Of a DNA stretch of 64,000 nucleotides, positions 28,626-37,969 are shown one piece after another; the first letter of the stretch is position 1, and each line of letters opens with the position of its first letter. Both the position numbers and the translations under genes were made by a program. The DNA lies in IMG/VR virus record IMGVR_UViG_3300015196_000001. One strand, 5' to 3'. The DNA is from a virus. The notes under the pieces were generated by a model. The model did no database searches, had not been told where the DNA came from, and saw only the letters and a list, made by a program, of their open reading frames with translations.

Positions 28626-31286
28626 ATGCCAAAGCACAATCTGAGTCGTAAAGCGGTCAAGGAGATCTCAGCCGCGATTGACGAGTTATTCAACCGTGCT
28701 AAGACTAGATTCCTCGGTCCACAGTCGGTGGAAAGCCGTATCCAGGTATCCTATCAGCACCCTCTCAGCCTGCCGGGTGTCTTCGAGGCAGCCGCAACTG
28801 AGGAAGGTGCCAAACCTAACGTAGATACCCTTAATGGACTCATCGATATTGCCGACTCCTACCTGGATGCAGTCAAGGGTTCGGCCAAGGCTAAGACTTT
28901 AGCTGAGATACGCCAATTCCTATCCGATGCCTCGGTCAATGGTATCGATACTGATTGGAAGACCGTACTGGGCGGCAAGATCGCAGACCTATGGGGTGAC
29001 ATTACATCCAATGTCGAGCGTATTATTACTTCAGAGACTGCTACCGCTAAGAACGTATCTGTACTCGATGGCATTATCAAGGTTAATCAGTCAGTAGGTA
29101 TCGAAGACCCAGTTGTGTACTTTATCGTGGTGCACGACGGAGCACTCTGTAATGAGTGCAAACGCCTACATCTGTTGCCCGACGAAGTGACTCCTCGTGT
29201 ATGGAAGGTAAGCGAGCTAGGACACGGTTACCACAAGAAGGGTGAAGACAACCCCAAGCTAGGCGGGCTACACCCTCACTGTAGGTGCGTGTATGACGGG
29301 AGCGCACCTGTACTTACAGAGCGGGGTACTGTCTCACTAAAAAATGTGGTAGTTGGCGACCGCGTATTGACCCATACAGGTAAATTTAAGAGGGTGTTAT
29401 CTACTTTTGGGAAATACGGTATTCCGTCTAATGAAGATTTGTTTAGGGTGGAATTCAAAACTCCGCAAGATAGGATCCATAAATTGCGTGTGACAGGTGA
29501 CCATCTACTGTTGACTCAACGAGGTTGGGTCAGAGCGGACGGACTTGAACCTTCGGATAGCCTCCAATATCTATTTAAGGAGTGTGAATATTGCCATACC
29601 CCCTTTCCTCACGATATCAAAAAGCCAAATAAAAGATTTTGTTCCGTTCGATGTGTAGGATCTTCCCATGTTGGGAAGCCCGGACCTGCAAAGGGGCGGG
29701 TAGTTGGGGCTATGGAGCGAGAACGACGGACTGAGAGTATCCGTGTCACGAACGAAGAAAAAAATAGGAGCGGCACGCTCACGAGCGCCCTGACCTGTAG
29801 TGTGTGTCACAGTCCGTTTACATGGCAATCGGCTTACCGAAGCGAGTCAGGGCGATGGATTCAAAGATATAAAATCCCCGATACCTGCTCGCGGTCGTGT
29901 CATAGTAAGCGACTTTCGGCTGCTCAGTGGGAATCCGATAAGCATCGTGTAGCTGTATCGAACAAAAACCGCGAATCTATGCTTGAACAATATCGCTCGG
30001 GGGCACGTACGCCAGCTGGTATCGAAAAAGCGCGCAAGGCGCTCTATGCTAATGGCGGCGGTCCAAGTAAAGACCAGCGTAGTCTGTTTGATCTTGTCAA
30101 GTCACAATACATGGACGCCGAATTGGAATACCGAATTGGTAAGTATTTTGGCGATATCGCTATCCCGTCAGTCAAGACAGTCATTGAGTGGGACGGAGGC
30201 GGTCACTGGATGGATGTATATAAGGGAAAGAAAACAAGGGAACAGAAAGAGGATGAAGATAGGTTGCGTGACGAGTACATGCATTCTCAAGGATGGCATG
30301 TACTACGTTATTCGGAGGAGTCCGGGTCCGCCTCTGTACTCACTGATATTCGCCGTGTCGCATTAAATTCAATGGATGGATATACGTTCCAGAGCGTGCC
30401 CATACTACGTGTTGTTAAGGTCCCTAAAGGGAAGGTTTCAAGGTTGGCTAGATTGTACGATATTACTGTCGAGGATGATGCCAGCTTTGTAATTCAAGGG
30501 ATCGTATCGCATAACTGTACTATGGTAACGCTTATGCAAGGGTATGGGTTCACCAACGATGGCATGGTAACCTATATCTCACCAAAGCATGATGAGCTAA
30601 AGGCTCAGCGTAATGGCAAGAAGTTACAGAAATACGAAGACGATCTCATTAAGGGCTTGCGCTTCTCAGAGCTAGCTGATTACATGAAACCGTTTGGCTG
30701 GAAGCCTGACAATAAAGGTATTGGCGGTCACCCTACCAAGCTTGTACATGAGTCAGGTCGCACCGTTCCTATCCAACAGAAGCACCTCGACGGTGTCATG
30801 GATGACCAAATGGTGCGCAAATACAGTGGGCAGGGCGGCTTGAAGTTTATCCGCCAGCCTAGACCGCACTTTAAGCCTAACGAGGCGGATCCCGTGTTTC
30901 TTCCCCTGTACCAAGCCGCAGGGCACGTAGAAGGCCCCTCAGAGCCCGCTGTGAAGACGTGGACCCCAGAAGCGCCCGGTTTTACCCATGTGCCACTGTC
31001 GCACGTCTCAGGGCTTCCTGTGGCTCCTGCCGACAGCTGGAAACTCGGCAAGATCCGTGATATGTTCAACAAGATGCCGCACAAGGTCGCACCGATACGT
31101 GCCACCCCAGTAGATCTGGGTGGTGGTAACATTATGCACGATGTTGTGGAGGGACACGACCGGCTAGCAGCCGCTATAGAGGCGGGTTATACCCATGTGC
31201 CGGTTGTTTCTGATCAAACTATCAAGCGACAGCCTCTTTTCCACGAGCAAAAATCAGATCAAGGTCCGTCGCAAGTGCCTCCATAG
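28626..31286 (+). CDS. MuF/gpF-like head morphogenesis protein with intein and C-terminal HicA-like and ParB-like modules
   Basis: ERIITSE, CNECKRLH and LHPHCR|C MuF motifs; FGWKPDNKGIGGHPTKLVHESGRTVPI (HicA-like); VVEGHDRLAAAIEAG (ParB/Srx-like). Confidence 0.85.
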   Translation: MPKHNLSRKAVKEISAAIDELFNRAKTRFLGPQSVESRIQVSYQHPLSLPGVFEAAATEEGAKPNVDTLNGLIDIADSYLDAVKGSAKAKTLAEIRQFLSDASVNGIDTDWKTVLGGKIADLWGDITSNVERIITSETATAKNVSVLDGIIKVNQSVGIEDPVVYFIVVHDGALCNECKRLHLLPDEVTPRVWKVSELGHGYHKKGEDNPKLGGLHPHCRCVYDGSAPVLTERGTVSLKNVVVGDRVLTHTGKFKRVLSTFGKYGIPSNEDLFRVEFKTPQDRIHKLRVTGDHLLLTQRGWVRADGLEPSDSLQYLFKECEYCHTPFPHDIKKPNKRFCSVRCVGSSHVGKPGPAKGRVVGAMERERRTESIRVTNEEKNRSGTLTSALTCSVCHSPFTWQSAYRSESGRWIQRYKIPDTCSRSCHSKRLSAAQWESDKHRVAVSNKNRESMLEQYRSGARTPAGIEKARKALYANGGGPSKDQRSLFDLVKSQYMDAELEYRIGKYFGDIAIPSVKTVIEWDGGGHWMDVYKGKKTREQKEDEDRLRDEYMHSQGWHVLRYSEESGSASVLTDIRRVALNSMDGYTFQSVPILRVVKVPKGKVSRLARLYDITVEDDASFVIQGIVSHNCTMVTLMQGYGFTNDGMVTYISPKHDELKAQRNGKKLQKYEDDLIKGLRFSELADYMKPFGWKPDNKGIGGHPTKLVHESGRTVPIQQKHLDGVMDDQMVRKYSGQGGLKFIRQPRPHFKPNEADPVFLPLYQAAGHVEGPSEPAVKTWTPEAPGFTHVPLSHVSGLPVAPADSWKLGKIRDMFNKMPHKVAPIRATPVDLGGGNIMHDVVEGHDRLAAAIEAGYTHVPVVSDQTIKRQPLFHEQKSDQGPSQVPP
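29286..30515 (+). mobile_element. Intein (410 aa) carrying zinc fingers and a DUF559/Vsr-like endonuclease
   Basis: Starts CVYDGSAPVLTERG, block B VTGDHLL, ends GIVSHN followed by Cys. CEYC..FCSVRC and CSVC..TCSRSC fingers; ELEY..GDI..VIEWDGGGHW..RDEYMHSQGWHVLRY. Confidence 0.88.
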
Positions 31287-31593
31287 CGGCATTATGCCCG
31301 GGATCTTCGGGTTCCAGATCAAAGCGTGAGTCTGGTCCGTTGTAGCCCTCACCGCTATCGCTATTGTGCGATGCCATTGCCCTCCCCTGGTACTGGATGA
31401 TAAAGCGGGGGCTCTCCTCATCCTTGCCGTTCAACATGGTGGCGATAACATCTAGCTCTACCTCAGCAAATGTAAGCCCTTCCCGGTACTCAAACCTTGA
31501 GTCGCGAAACTTCTCGCGCCGGAAGTAGATAACAGAAGGGTGATAGGTGATCAGCGTAAAGACCTTGTCTTCGTGGCTCATTTTTAGCTCCAT
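31222..31593 (-). CDS. Hypothetical protein
   Basis: 123 aa ORF; overlaps the 3' end of gpF convergently. Confidence 0.6.
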   Translation of the reverse strand: MELKMSHEDKVFTLITYHPSVIYFRREKFRDSRFEYREGLTFAEVELDVIATMLNGKDEESPRFIIQYQGRAMASHNSDSGEGYNGPDSRFDLEPEDPGHNAAMEALATDLDLIFARGKEAVA

Positions 31594-32006
31594 CGCTTTC
31601 CCAGCTCTCGTTCGTTTCTTTGGATCGGGTAGCTGTCAAAATTGGTAAACCCGTGGTAGCCACCGATTGCGTGATATGCCCAAAAACGCCTGAACGGATC
31701 AGGGCTGCACAGCGCTTCAATCAGCTTGCTCTTCTCGCCACCGATTGACTTGGCAACCACCGACAAACTCCCGGCAAACCACTCCGTATAGCTTGCCAGT
31801 GAATGGGGCCAGTCACGACTATATTTCTCACTGACGAGGTGCCCACCGACAAGCTTGAGCCTGTCAAGTGGAAAACGGTACACAGTAAAGCTACGTGCCC
31901 CACTCTCCTCAGTGATCTCAGCCTCTTCCGTGTAGATCCCGGTCGAGTCATGGAAGATGGCGTAAAAGTCAGTCGCATCGAGCAGCACCCAGGATGGCTG
32001 AGACAT
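31584..32006 (-). CDS. Hypothetical protein
   Basis: Likely start ATG 32006 (MSQPSW) with a GAGGAG RBS. Confidence 0.65.
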   Translation of the reverse strand: MSQPSWVLLDATDFYAIFHDSTGIYTEEAEITEESGARSFTVYRFPLDRLKLVGGHLVSEKYSRDWPHSLASYTEWFAGSLSVVAKSIGGEKSKLIEALCSPDPFRRFWAYHAIGGYHGFTNFDSYPIQRNERELGKRWS

Positions 32007-32008
32007 TG

Positions 32009-32206
32009 TTACTCCTCCTCTGCTTTGACGTAGATGAGCACACCGTTGCTGGTGTAGACGTTCCAAACTTCGCCACAGGCGACGACCTCGACCTTGGTAT
32101 CGTAAACCATCGGGCCGGTCAGCTCCAGGGTGCCATCTGGAGCCTCGGTGTAGAAGACCGTTCCAGCTGCCAGCGTCATGTTGGTCACTTCCACCGTCGT
32201 CGTCAT
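32009..32206 (-). CDS. Hypothetical protein, probably leaderless
   Basis: ATG 32206 lies 7 nt downstream of the -10 box of a TTGACA-N17-TATACC promoter. Confidence 0.55.
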   Translation of the reverse strand: MTTTVEVTNMTLAAGTVFYTEAPDGTLELTGPMVYDTKVEVVACGEVWNVYTSNGVLIYVKAEEE

Positions 32207-32212
32207 GCACAA

Positions 32213-32241
32213 GGTATAGCCCAGCTGGTTTTAGATGTCAA
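32213..32241 (-). promoter_or_regulatory. Sigma70-type promoter TTGACA-N17-TATACC
   Basis: Read directly. Confidence 0.65.
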
Positions 32242-32314
32242 GATCTTTGATTTTTTTTTGCTCCTGACGGCCGGGAAGCCCTCCATCCTAATCTTTTGAC
32301 TTGGAGAGAAACCT

Positions 32315-32581
32315 ATGACCCCTGTTCCGACCGCTTGGAGAACCGTTTTAACCGTACTCATTGCATGTTTTATGATGCTGAGCGGCTTTCTTTACGCAGT
32401 TCATTTTGGCATGACTTCTGAGGTAGCAACTGCTTTTAGTTCGTTGTGTATGTTCATAATGATGGCATCGACCGGGCAAGCGCTGAAGGGGACGTTTGAG
32501 TCTGTAGCCAACGGTACTGGCTGGGCCGGTATTAAAGCAGCCATCTTGACCAACGCCAAGCCGGGCGAGCCCGCACCTTAA
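32315..32581 (+). CDS. Holin-like two-TM membrane protein
   Basis: 88 aa with two hydrophobic helices; preceded by TAATCTT and a GGAG RBS. Confidence 0.5.
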   Translation: MTPVPTAWRTVLTVLIACFMMLSGFLYAVHFGMTSEVATAFSSLCMFIMMASTGQALKGTFESVANGTGWAGIKAAILTNAKPGEPAP

Positions 32582-32621
32582 GAAAACAAAGAAAATCAAA
32601 GCCTACCACAAGGAGCTTTTT

Positions 32622-35531
32622 ATGACATTACGTTCTTTTCTACTAGCAGTTGCTATCTCTGCCACAAGCCTATTTGCCCCCGCTTCTCCCGCATCGACCA
32701 GCACCCCGGTGGGTGTCTGGACAAATGTGACCCCGGCAGGGATGAACCTCAGCCCCAATTTTGGTGGAACCAACAATAACTACGGCGTGCAGGTTGTCGT
32801 TGTGGACCCGGCCCGTCAGAGCGATCTATACGCTTCAATTGATTACCAGGGAATATGGAAATCAACCGACTACGGCGTTAACTGGAGCAAAATCAGCACA
32901 GGAACTAACGGCACTGTCCTTGATTTTGGCCGACCCTGGGCGCTGGCCATCGACACCAACAAAGCGCGCAATCCAGCTACAGCGCCAACACTGTGGACCG
33001 TCTCCGGCTATGGCACTCAGACCGGCATTTTTAAGTCCATTGATGGTGGCGTTAACTGGGTAAAAACATCGTTCCCGTATTTTGCCGATGGCTATCTTAA
33101 TGGCCAGGATCCTTACAGCCTTGAAGTAGATCCATATGACGGTACACACCTCATCACTGGATTCCACGGTACCTCTGAGGCTGCTGAGTCAATCGACGGC
33201 GGAAGCACCTGGAAGATCGTGCCTACACCTCCTGGAGTTGGCACTTCGCTATACCTTTTCTTCATTGATACCGGCGTTGCAGCTACGACACGGACTAATT
33301 GGGTATCTATTTCTCAGTGGACTAGCAACACCAAAGGTGTTTGGCACACTTCAAACGGGGGAGCGAGCTGGACACAGGCTGCCACCTTCGAGCATTTCCA
33401 CGGTAACTCTCAGCTCTTCAATGCAGGCAATAGCGTAGCTTATATTGGTGCGACCGGGGGCGTCTATAAAACGGCAGATGGCGGGGCGACATGGAGCAAC
33501 ATTCTCGGCGGCAATAAAAATGGCGTAGTTGGAACGCCGAGCACTCTTTACACCTCGTTTGGTTGGGCTACTAATGGCAGCTGGGGAGCTGCACTCGCCC
33601 ATGCGGCGGTCAGCAACGATAAGACGTGGATCACAGACCCGATCCCCGCTACAATGAGCAATGGAGCTAAGCACACTGCGGTCACCTTTGATGGAATGAA
33701 CTACGTGATTGTTTCTCCTAATGGCCTCGCCGGGTTATGGCGATTCGTTGAGGTTGCGAGTGCACCGCCACCCGCTGTTTCCGTTTCAATCTCACCTAAT
33801 ATCATTGCTGGGGCAGCGTTACAATTTAGTGCTCTCGTCAGCGGCTCTTCCGACACTACCGTTAACTGGGTTTTACAGGAGGGACCTGTATGCGGCGCAG
33901 TTAGCTCGGGTGGTCAGTACACAGCGCCGTTAATGGTGCCTAATCCGGCCACTTGCCACGTTGTTGCGACCAGTCGGGCAGACGCCACTAAGACCGCCTC
34001 TGTCTCTGTCACCGTTACAGCCTCAGCTAGCGTTGGCGGTCTCGGCCCGCCAGCACTTCAGATCACTGGTGGCATGCTGCTCGATCCACATGGCAATAAA
34101 GTAATACTGCGCGGAGTCGCTACAATGGGGATGGGAATGGTTTATGGCGATAAGGCCAACCCAGGTACTTACTTGCCGATGACGGTGCCACAATATGTAC
34201 ATCTGGCTTCGCAGACTGACGCTACCGGCAACAAATGGTATCCAACTGCAATCCGCCTTGCGTTCGAGCGTTTCCCCTGTGTAGACCCGAAACGGCTTTA
34301 CACAATCGAAAACAGGCCATACGCAATGCCTGACACCGTCACCTTCAGTGCCTGGATGGCTAATGCCGTATCGATTGAAGGTGCAGTAGCTACTTTTGGC
34401 GGGAGTCGTTACCGTGCGGTAAAGATCAATTGGCGCGCAGATCGTGGGGCCGCTTGGAATCTAGGCACCTACGCGCTTGGTGACGTGGTTTCTGGTTACG
34501 GTAATGGCAACGATATGCACCTTTATCGCAATACATTTGCTTCAGGCGCTGGACCGTCATACACGTGGAATGGCGGGCCATCTGGAACTAGCTTGACCGT
34601 TCCTTCAACCGACGCAATGAGCAATCAGTGGCTTTACATTGGCGAGTTCGGGACCAGCGGCAGCACTCAGCCATTCACTGGCGCGACCGTGACTGATTAT
34701 AGTGTTGGTGCTGTTTACCCGGACAACTTTCTCTGGTGGCAATATATGAGTATCGATTACACGCCCGCCCAGGCGCTGAGCAACTTCAACGACTGGAAAT
34801 CTAAGGTTATGGATCCTGCTATTCAGGCTGCGGTAGACGCCAAGCTCTACGTAGTAGTCACTGACTTTGACTTCGGCCCCGCGCAACACCCTTTGCGTCA
34901 CGCACGCATGCTTGATTTCTGGTCTAGGATGGCGCGCTCGCAGTGGGCAAACCATCCACAGGTGATCTTTGAATTGTGGAATGAAAGCGAAGACGTTGGC
35001 CCCTACGCGGGTGGATCTGGGTCGTGGGCAGTTCAAAAGCCGATCATTCAGGAGACGGTCAACGCTATTCGAGCAGCCGGAGCTAACAATATCGTCGTTG
35101 TGCCAACTCCCTTTTACAGCGCCTGGGTAGGCGAGGCAACGGCGAGCCCATTGACTGGCACCAATCTGGCCTATGCACTTCACGCCTATCGGAGTCAGTG
35201 GGAATCTTATTCTTCAAATCGGGACCAGATCAGCCAAGGTCTCGCCAGCGGGCAGGCAGTTATGATGACTGAATGGGGCGATAACACCGACCCCTCCAGT
35301 GCCACCAATACCTGGGCCACCACCACCTCGACCCCACCCTCCCTGCGGCAGTTACTGGAGCCAAGCGAAGGCTCTCTGCATCCGCCTATTGGTTGGTTTG
35401 CCTGGGCTCAGACCCAAACGTGGTCGCCCGATCTGTTCAGCGATGCAGCCCTCACCCAGCCTACTAATTTTGGCACGGCGACCCGGCAATGGCTGCTTGA
35501 TAAAAGACTGGACAGCCAGCCCGTTCCCTAG
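32622..35531 (+). CDS. Secreted multidomain glycoside hydrolase (GH74/BNR-like propeller + Ig-like + GH5-like TIM barrel)
   Basis: Signal peptide MTLRSFLLAVAISATSLFAPA; S.D.G.(T/N)W BNR repeats; Ig-like VSVSISP..GQYTAP; GH5 motifs LRGV, IRL, FELWNE, LHAY, MTEWG, GWFAW. Confidence 0.8.
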   Translation: MTLRSFLLAVAISATSLFAPASPASTSTPVGVWTNVTPAGMNLSPNFGGTNNNYGVQVVVVDPARQSDLYASIDYQGIWKSTDYGVNWSKISTGTNGTVLDFGRPWALAIDTNKARNPATAPTLWTVSGYGTQTGIFKSIDGGVNWVKTSFPYFADGYLNGQDPYSLEVDPYDGTHLITGFHGTSEAAESIDGGSTWKIVPTPPGVGTSLYLFFIDTGVAATTRTNWVSISQWTSNTKGVWHTSNGGASWTQAATFEHFHGNSQLFNAGNSVAYIGATGGVYKTADGGATWSNILGGNKNGVVGTPSTLYTSFGWATNGSWGAALAHAAVSNDKTWITDPIPATMSNGAKHTAVTFDGMNYVIVSPNGLAGLWRFVEVASAPPPAVSVSISPNIIAGAALQFSALVSGSSDTTVNWVLQEGPVCGAVSSGGQYTAPLMVPNPATCHVVATSRADATKTASVSVTVTASASVGGLGPPALQITGGMLLDPHGNKVILRGVATMGMGMVYGDKANPGTYLPMTVPQYVHLASQTDATGNKWYPTAIRLAFERFPCVDPKRLYTIENRPYAMPDTVTFSAWMANAVSIEGAVATFGGSRYRAVKINWRADRGAAWNLGTYALGDVVSGYGNGNDMHLYRNTFASGAGPSYTWNGGPSGTSLTVPSTDAMSNQWLYIGEFGTSGSTQPFTGATVTDYSVGAVYPDNFLWWQYMSIDYTPAQALSNFNDWKSKVMDPAIQAAVDAKLYVVVTDFDFGPAQHPLRHARMLDFWSRMARSQWANHPQVIFELWNESEDVGPYAGGSGSWAVQKPIIQETVNAIRAAGANNIVVVPTPFYSAWVGEATASPLTGTNLAYALHAYRSQWESYSSNRDQISQGLASGQAVMMTEWGDNTDPSSATNTWATTTSTPPSLRQLLEPSEGSLHPPIGWFAWAQTQTWSPDLFSDAALTQPTNFGTATRQWLLDKRLDSQPVP

Positions 35532-35545
35532 TCGGCGCTCACGGC

Positions 35546-35971
35546 TTAGGGGACACAGTTTTTACAAACTAGAGCCAAGATGTTATAGTGTCTAAGCCGC
35601 ATGGGCTTGGCTGCTTCCGGTGCTGCCATCATGGACCAGCCAGCAGGAGGGGGCCACGCACCTAGCATTTTGGAATTGCCGTGTTCCGTAGTCGCCGCAG
35701 GGCAACGAGTACAGGTAAAAAACCGGAACCCGTCAACCGTCTTTGTTCCCGATACCAGGATCTCGTCCTTCGTGTCGAGTACCACGAGGATAAATTTACC
35801 AGCTGGGCTACGCACAGTACCCTGTTCCTGGAGGAGAGCCAGCCAACGCCAGAGCCTTCTTAGGTCGGGGCCATGGATCGCGGTCTTGTCGTTCTCTTTC
35901 ACCTCAAGGTGAGCTAGTCCCCTTGGACCCCGCGCCGCCCGCTCTTCCCCAAAAAGTTTACGTCGGTCCAT
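35546..35971 (-). CDS. Hypothetical protein with CxxC pairs
   Basis: Likely start ATG 35971 (MDRRKLF); CTRC and CKNC. Confidence 0.5.
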   Translation of the reverse strand: MDRRKLFGEERAARGPRGLAHLEVKENDKTAIHGPDLRRLWRWLALLQEQGTVRSPAGKFILVVLDTKDEILVSGTKTVDGFRFFTCTRCPAATTEHGNSKMLGAWPPPAGWSMMAAPEAAKPMRLRHYNILALVCKNCVP

Positions 35972-36269
35972 CTTGGACCCCGTGCGTTGCGCTGTGTGCG
36001 TTGCGCTTGTCACTAGTGGCAAATACCATGGGACAGCTATTGCACTTGTAGGCCAGAGGCTGAGAAAATAGATCCTGCTCTGCCTTAGCCACTGCCCGTG
36101 CGTACAGCTCCCGCTCCTTGATATCGCATACATGCCGCCTCCTCCTGGTCCATGGAAGGCAAAGCGCCTGGAAAAACTCAGGAACGGTCATGCCTCTGCT
36201 CTTTGCTTCCTCCTGTATCAAGCCACCCAGGAACAGCGCTTCAGTAGCTCTCTTTTCTTCGTCAGTCAT
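35958..36269 (-). CDS. Small protein with a C2H2 zinc finger
   Basis: YKCNSCPMVFATSDKRNAHSATH. Confidence 0.65.
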   Translation of the reverse strand: MTDEEKRATEALFLGGLIQEEAKSRGMTVPEFFQALCLPWTRRRRHVCDIKERELYARAVAKAEQDLFSQPLAYKCNSCPMVFATSDKRNAHSATHGVQDGPT

Positions 36270-36283
36270 CTTGTGTTCCTTTT

Positions 36284-36553
36284 CTAGTCCAGCTCTATGC
36301 CAGCGTCGGCGTCTGCTCGGGCTCTGGCTGTACGCTTATCACGTCGCCACTTCTTGGGCAGTTTGCCACCCTGCGTCAAGTGTTGGTTGAACATCAATAC
36401 CGTGTCAGCGAGTAGAAGTGCTACTTCTAGGGCTTCGTTAATTTGCTTGTTATCTGTGTTAATGGCTAGCGCATAGATCATCTTTGCTGCCGCCACCTTT
36501 AACGCTAGGGTTTCATCGGGGTCGAAAACGGTAGGTACTTTTAGCTTGTCCAT
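36284..36553 (-). CDS. Hypothetical protein
   Basis: 89 aa ORF in the leftward cluster. Confidence 0.6.
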   Translation of the reverse strand: MDKLKVPTVFDPDETLALKVAAAKMIYALAINTDNKQINEALEVALLLADTVLMFNQHLTQGGKLPKKWRRDKRTARARADADAGIELD

Positions 36554-36561
36554 TTAATGGC

Positions 36562-36825
36562 CTATCCGCCCAAAAAACTGTCTAGGTGCATTGTCTCGAT
36601 GAGCTTACCTGCCTCGACGCTAGATCGTCCACCGCGCCACGTAATGCCACCGGGCAGCTTGATCAGGCGGTCGAAGTCGTCTTCTCGCCCCGCTTCGATG
36701 GCTGCTTTGGCGACGGGCAGGAGGGTCAGCGGAAGCGCCGGGTAGTGATTGTGAGACAGGTGCCAGCGCAAGGCGGTGTCTTCGTCAGTCAGCTCGATCA
36801 TACCGTCCAAACTATGTCTCCCCAT
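36562..36825 (-). CDS. Hypothetical protein
   Basis: 87 aa ORF with an AAAGGA RBS. Confidence 0.65.
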   Translation of the reverse strand: MGRHSLDGMIELTDEDTALRWHLSHNHYPALPLTLLPVAKAAIEAGREDDFDRLIKLPGGITWRGGRSSVEAGKLIETMHLDSFLGG

Positions 36826-36867
36826 GTCAAGTCCTTTTTGTATGAATAAGCGTGGTTGAGAAGTGCT

Positions 36868-36905
36868 AAAAAAGGGGGGCCTAGTTTTCCCAGCCCCCTT
36901 TTTTT
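36868..36905. terminator. Intrinsic terminator-like hairpin (AAAAAAGGGGG...CCCCCTTTTTT)
   Basis: Inverted repeat with A/T tails just downstream of the DUF932 gene. Confidence 0.55.
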
Positions 36906-37894
36906 AGGCAGCCGCCTGAAGCTTCAGCCCGGTCTGCTCCGCGATAAAATCCCAGGCTTTCTGCTTCAGCACCCGCCCCGACCCAAACCAGTTGGCGGTC
37001 AGGCGGCTCTCGGCCTCGTTGCCAACCCTCGCTGACGCGGGTGGAGCGGTGGTGGTCAGAGTACTCGGTGATCCCGTTGTAAGCCGCCCACGCCGTTCCT
37101 TCGATCTTCTTCTGTCCCACGCCGTTCTCCATCAAATTCAGGGCTGCTTCTCGGTTGTTCTTGGTGCGGGTGGCGATCTCTTCCTCCGAGCTGGGGAAGA
37201 GGTGATTGACCAGTGCGATTGACTGCTTGACGGTGTACTTGGTTTGCGCAAGGGCCTTGAAAGTTTCGCCAAGAACATCGTAATACCTGTTGGCAAGCCC
37301 AAGCACCGATTTGGCCTCGTCGATCTTCTGGCGGGCGTTCTTGGTGTGGCGAATGGACACACCATCCTTGGTGTTGAAACCGCGCATCGCCGCGTTCAGG
37401 GTGTTCTGGCACACAACCCGGATCGGGGTGTAGTGCATGCGGATCGCACCGCTGCCGTCGTGGGTATTGGACAGGAGGAGGTACTTGTCCACCACGTCAT
37501 CCCGCGTCACCTTGATCGAGGAGGGGAGCTTGGCGAGCAAAAAGATGCGCCGACCGTCGTCCAGGCTGCCAGCCGTTTCGTACATTGCCGCATGCTCGCC
37601 CACCACGCCGTCGAAAAAGTCGAAGGCCTCAACGTTTTGGAAAGGCTGGTACCGCTTCCCCACGATGCCCAGGGCCTTCTCGTCCGAGACGCGGACAATT
37701 GCCTTGTAGTCCCCGACCAGCTGTGCAGTCTGACCCGCCGCTCCAGCTGCGTACAGGTCGCGCTTCTCGACGTTCCAATCCAGCCCAGCCGCCTTGATCG
37801 CGCTGGCTGCGTGCTGGGCTCCCTCGACGGCAACTCCCAGACCATGCCAGGGCTTCGATCCCGTGTACATCATCGTTTCGACATTTGCGGGCAT
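36904..37894 (-). CDS. DUF932/DUF945 (TIGR03299-like) phage/plasmid protein with an apparent +1 frameshift near 37024
   Basis: MPANVETMMY..PWHGLG..AGLDWNV, YETAG, HDGSG, RVVCQNTL. The family-like C-terminus ESRLTANWFGSGRVLKQKAW is in another frame ending at 36904. Confidence 0.8.
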
Positions 37895-37926
37895 TTGTGT
37901 TCTCCTTTTGCTGCGTTTATAAAAAG

Positions 37927-37955
37927 ACCCTACACTAACTTTTTGAATCTGTCAA
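37927..37955 (-). promoter_or_regulatory. Sigma70-type early promoter TTGACA-N17-TAGGGT
   Basis: Read directly; upstream of the DUF932 gene. Confidence 0.65.
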
Positions 37956-37969
37956 GCGTCTACTAAGGC

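Noticed and set aside
31584-32210. 208-aa ORF as annotated
   Set aside because: The N-terminal 68 aa overlap the 32009-32206 gene in another frame; the RBS supports a start at 32006.
36825-36830. TTGACA as a promoter -35
   Set aside because: Overlaps the ATG of the 36562-36825 gene and has no matching -10.
36992-37966. Several overlapping plus-strand ORFs (up to 240 aa)
   Set aside because: GC-rich antisense shadows of the DUF932 gene.
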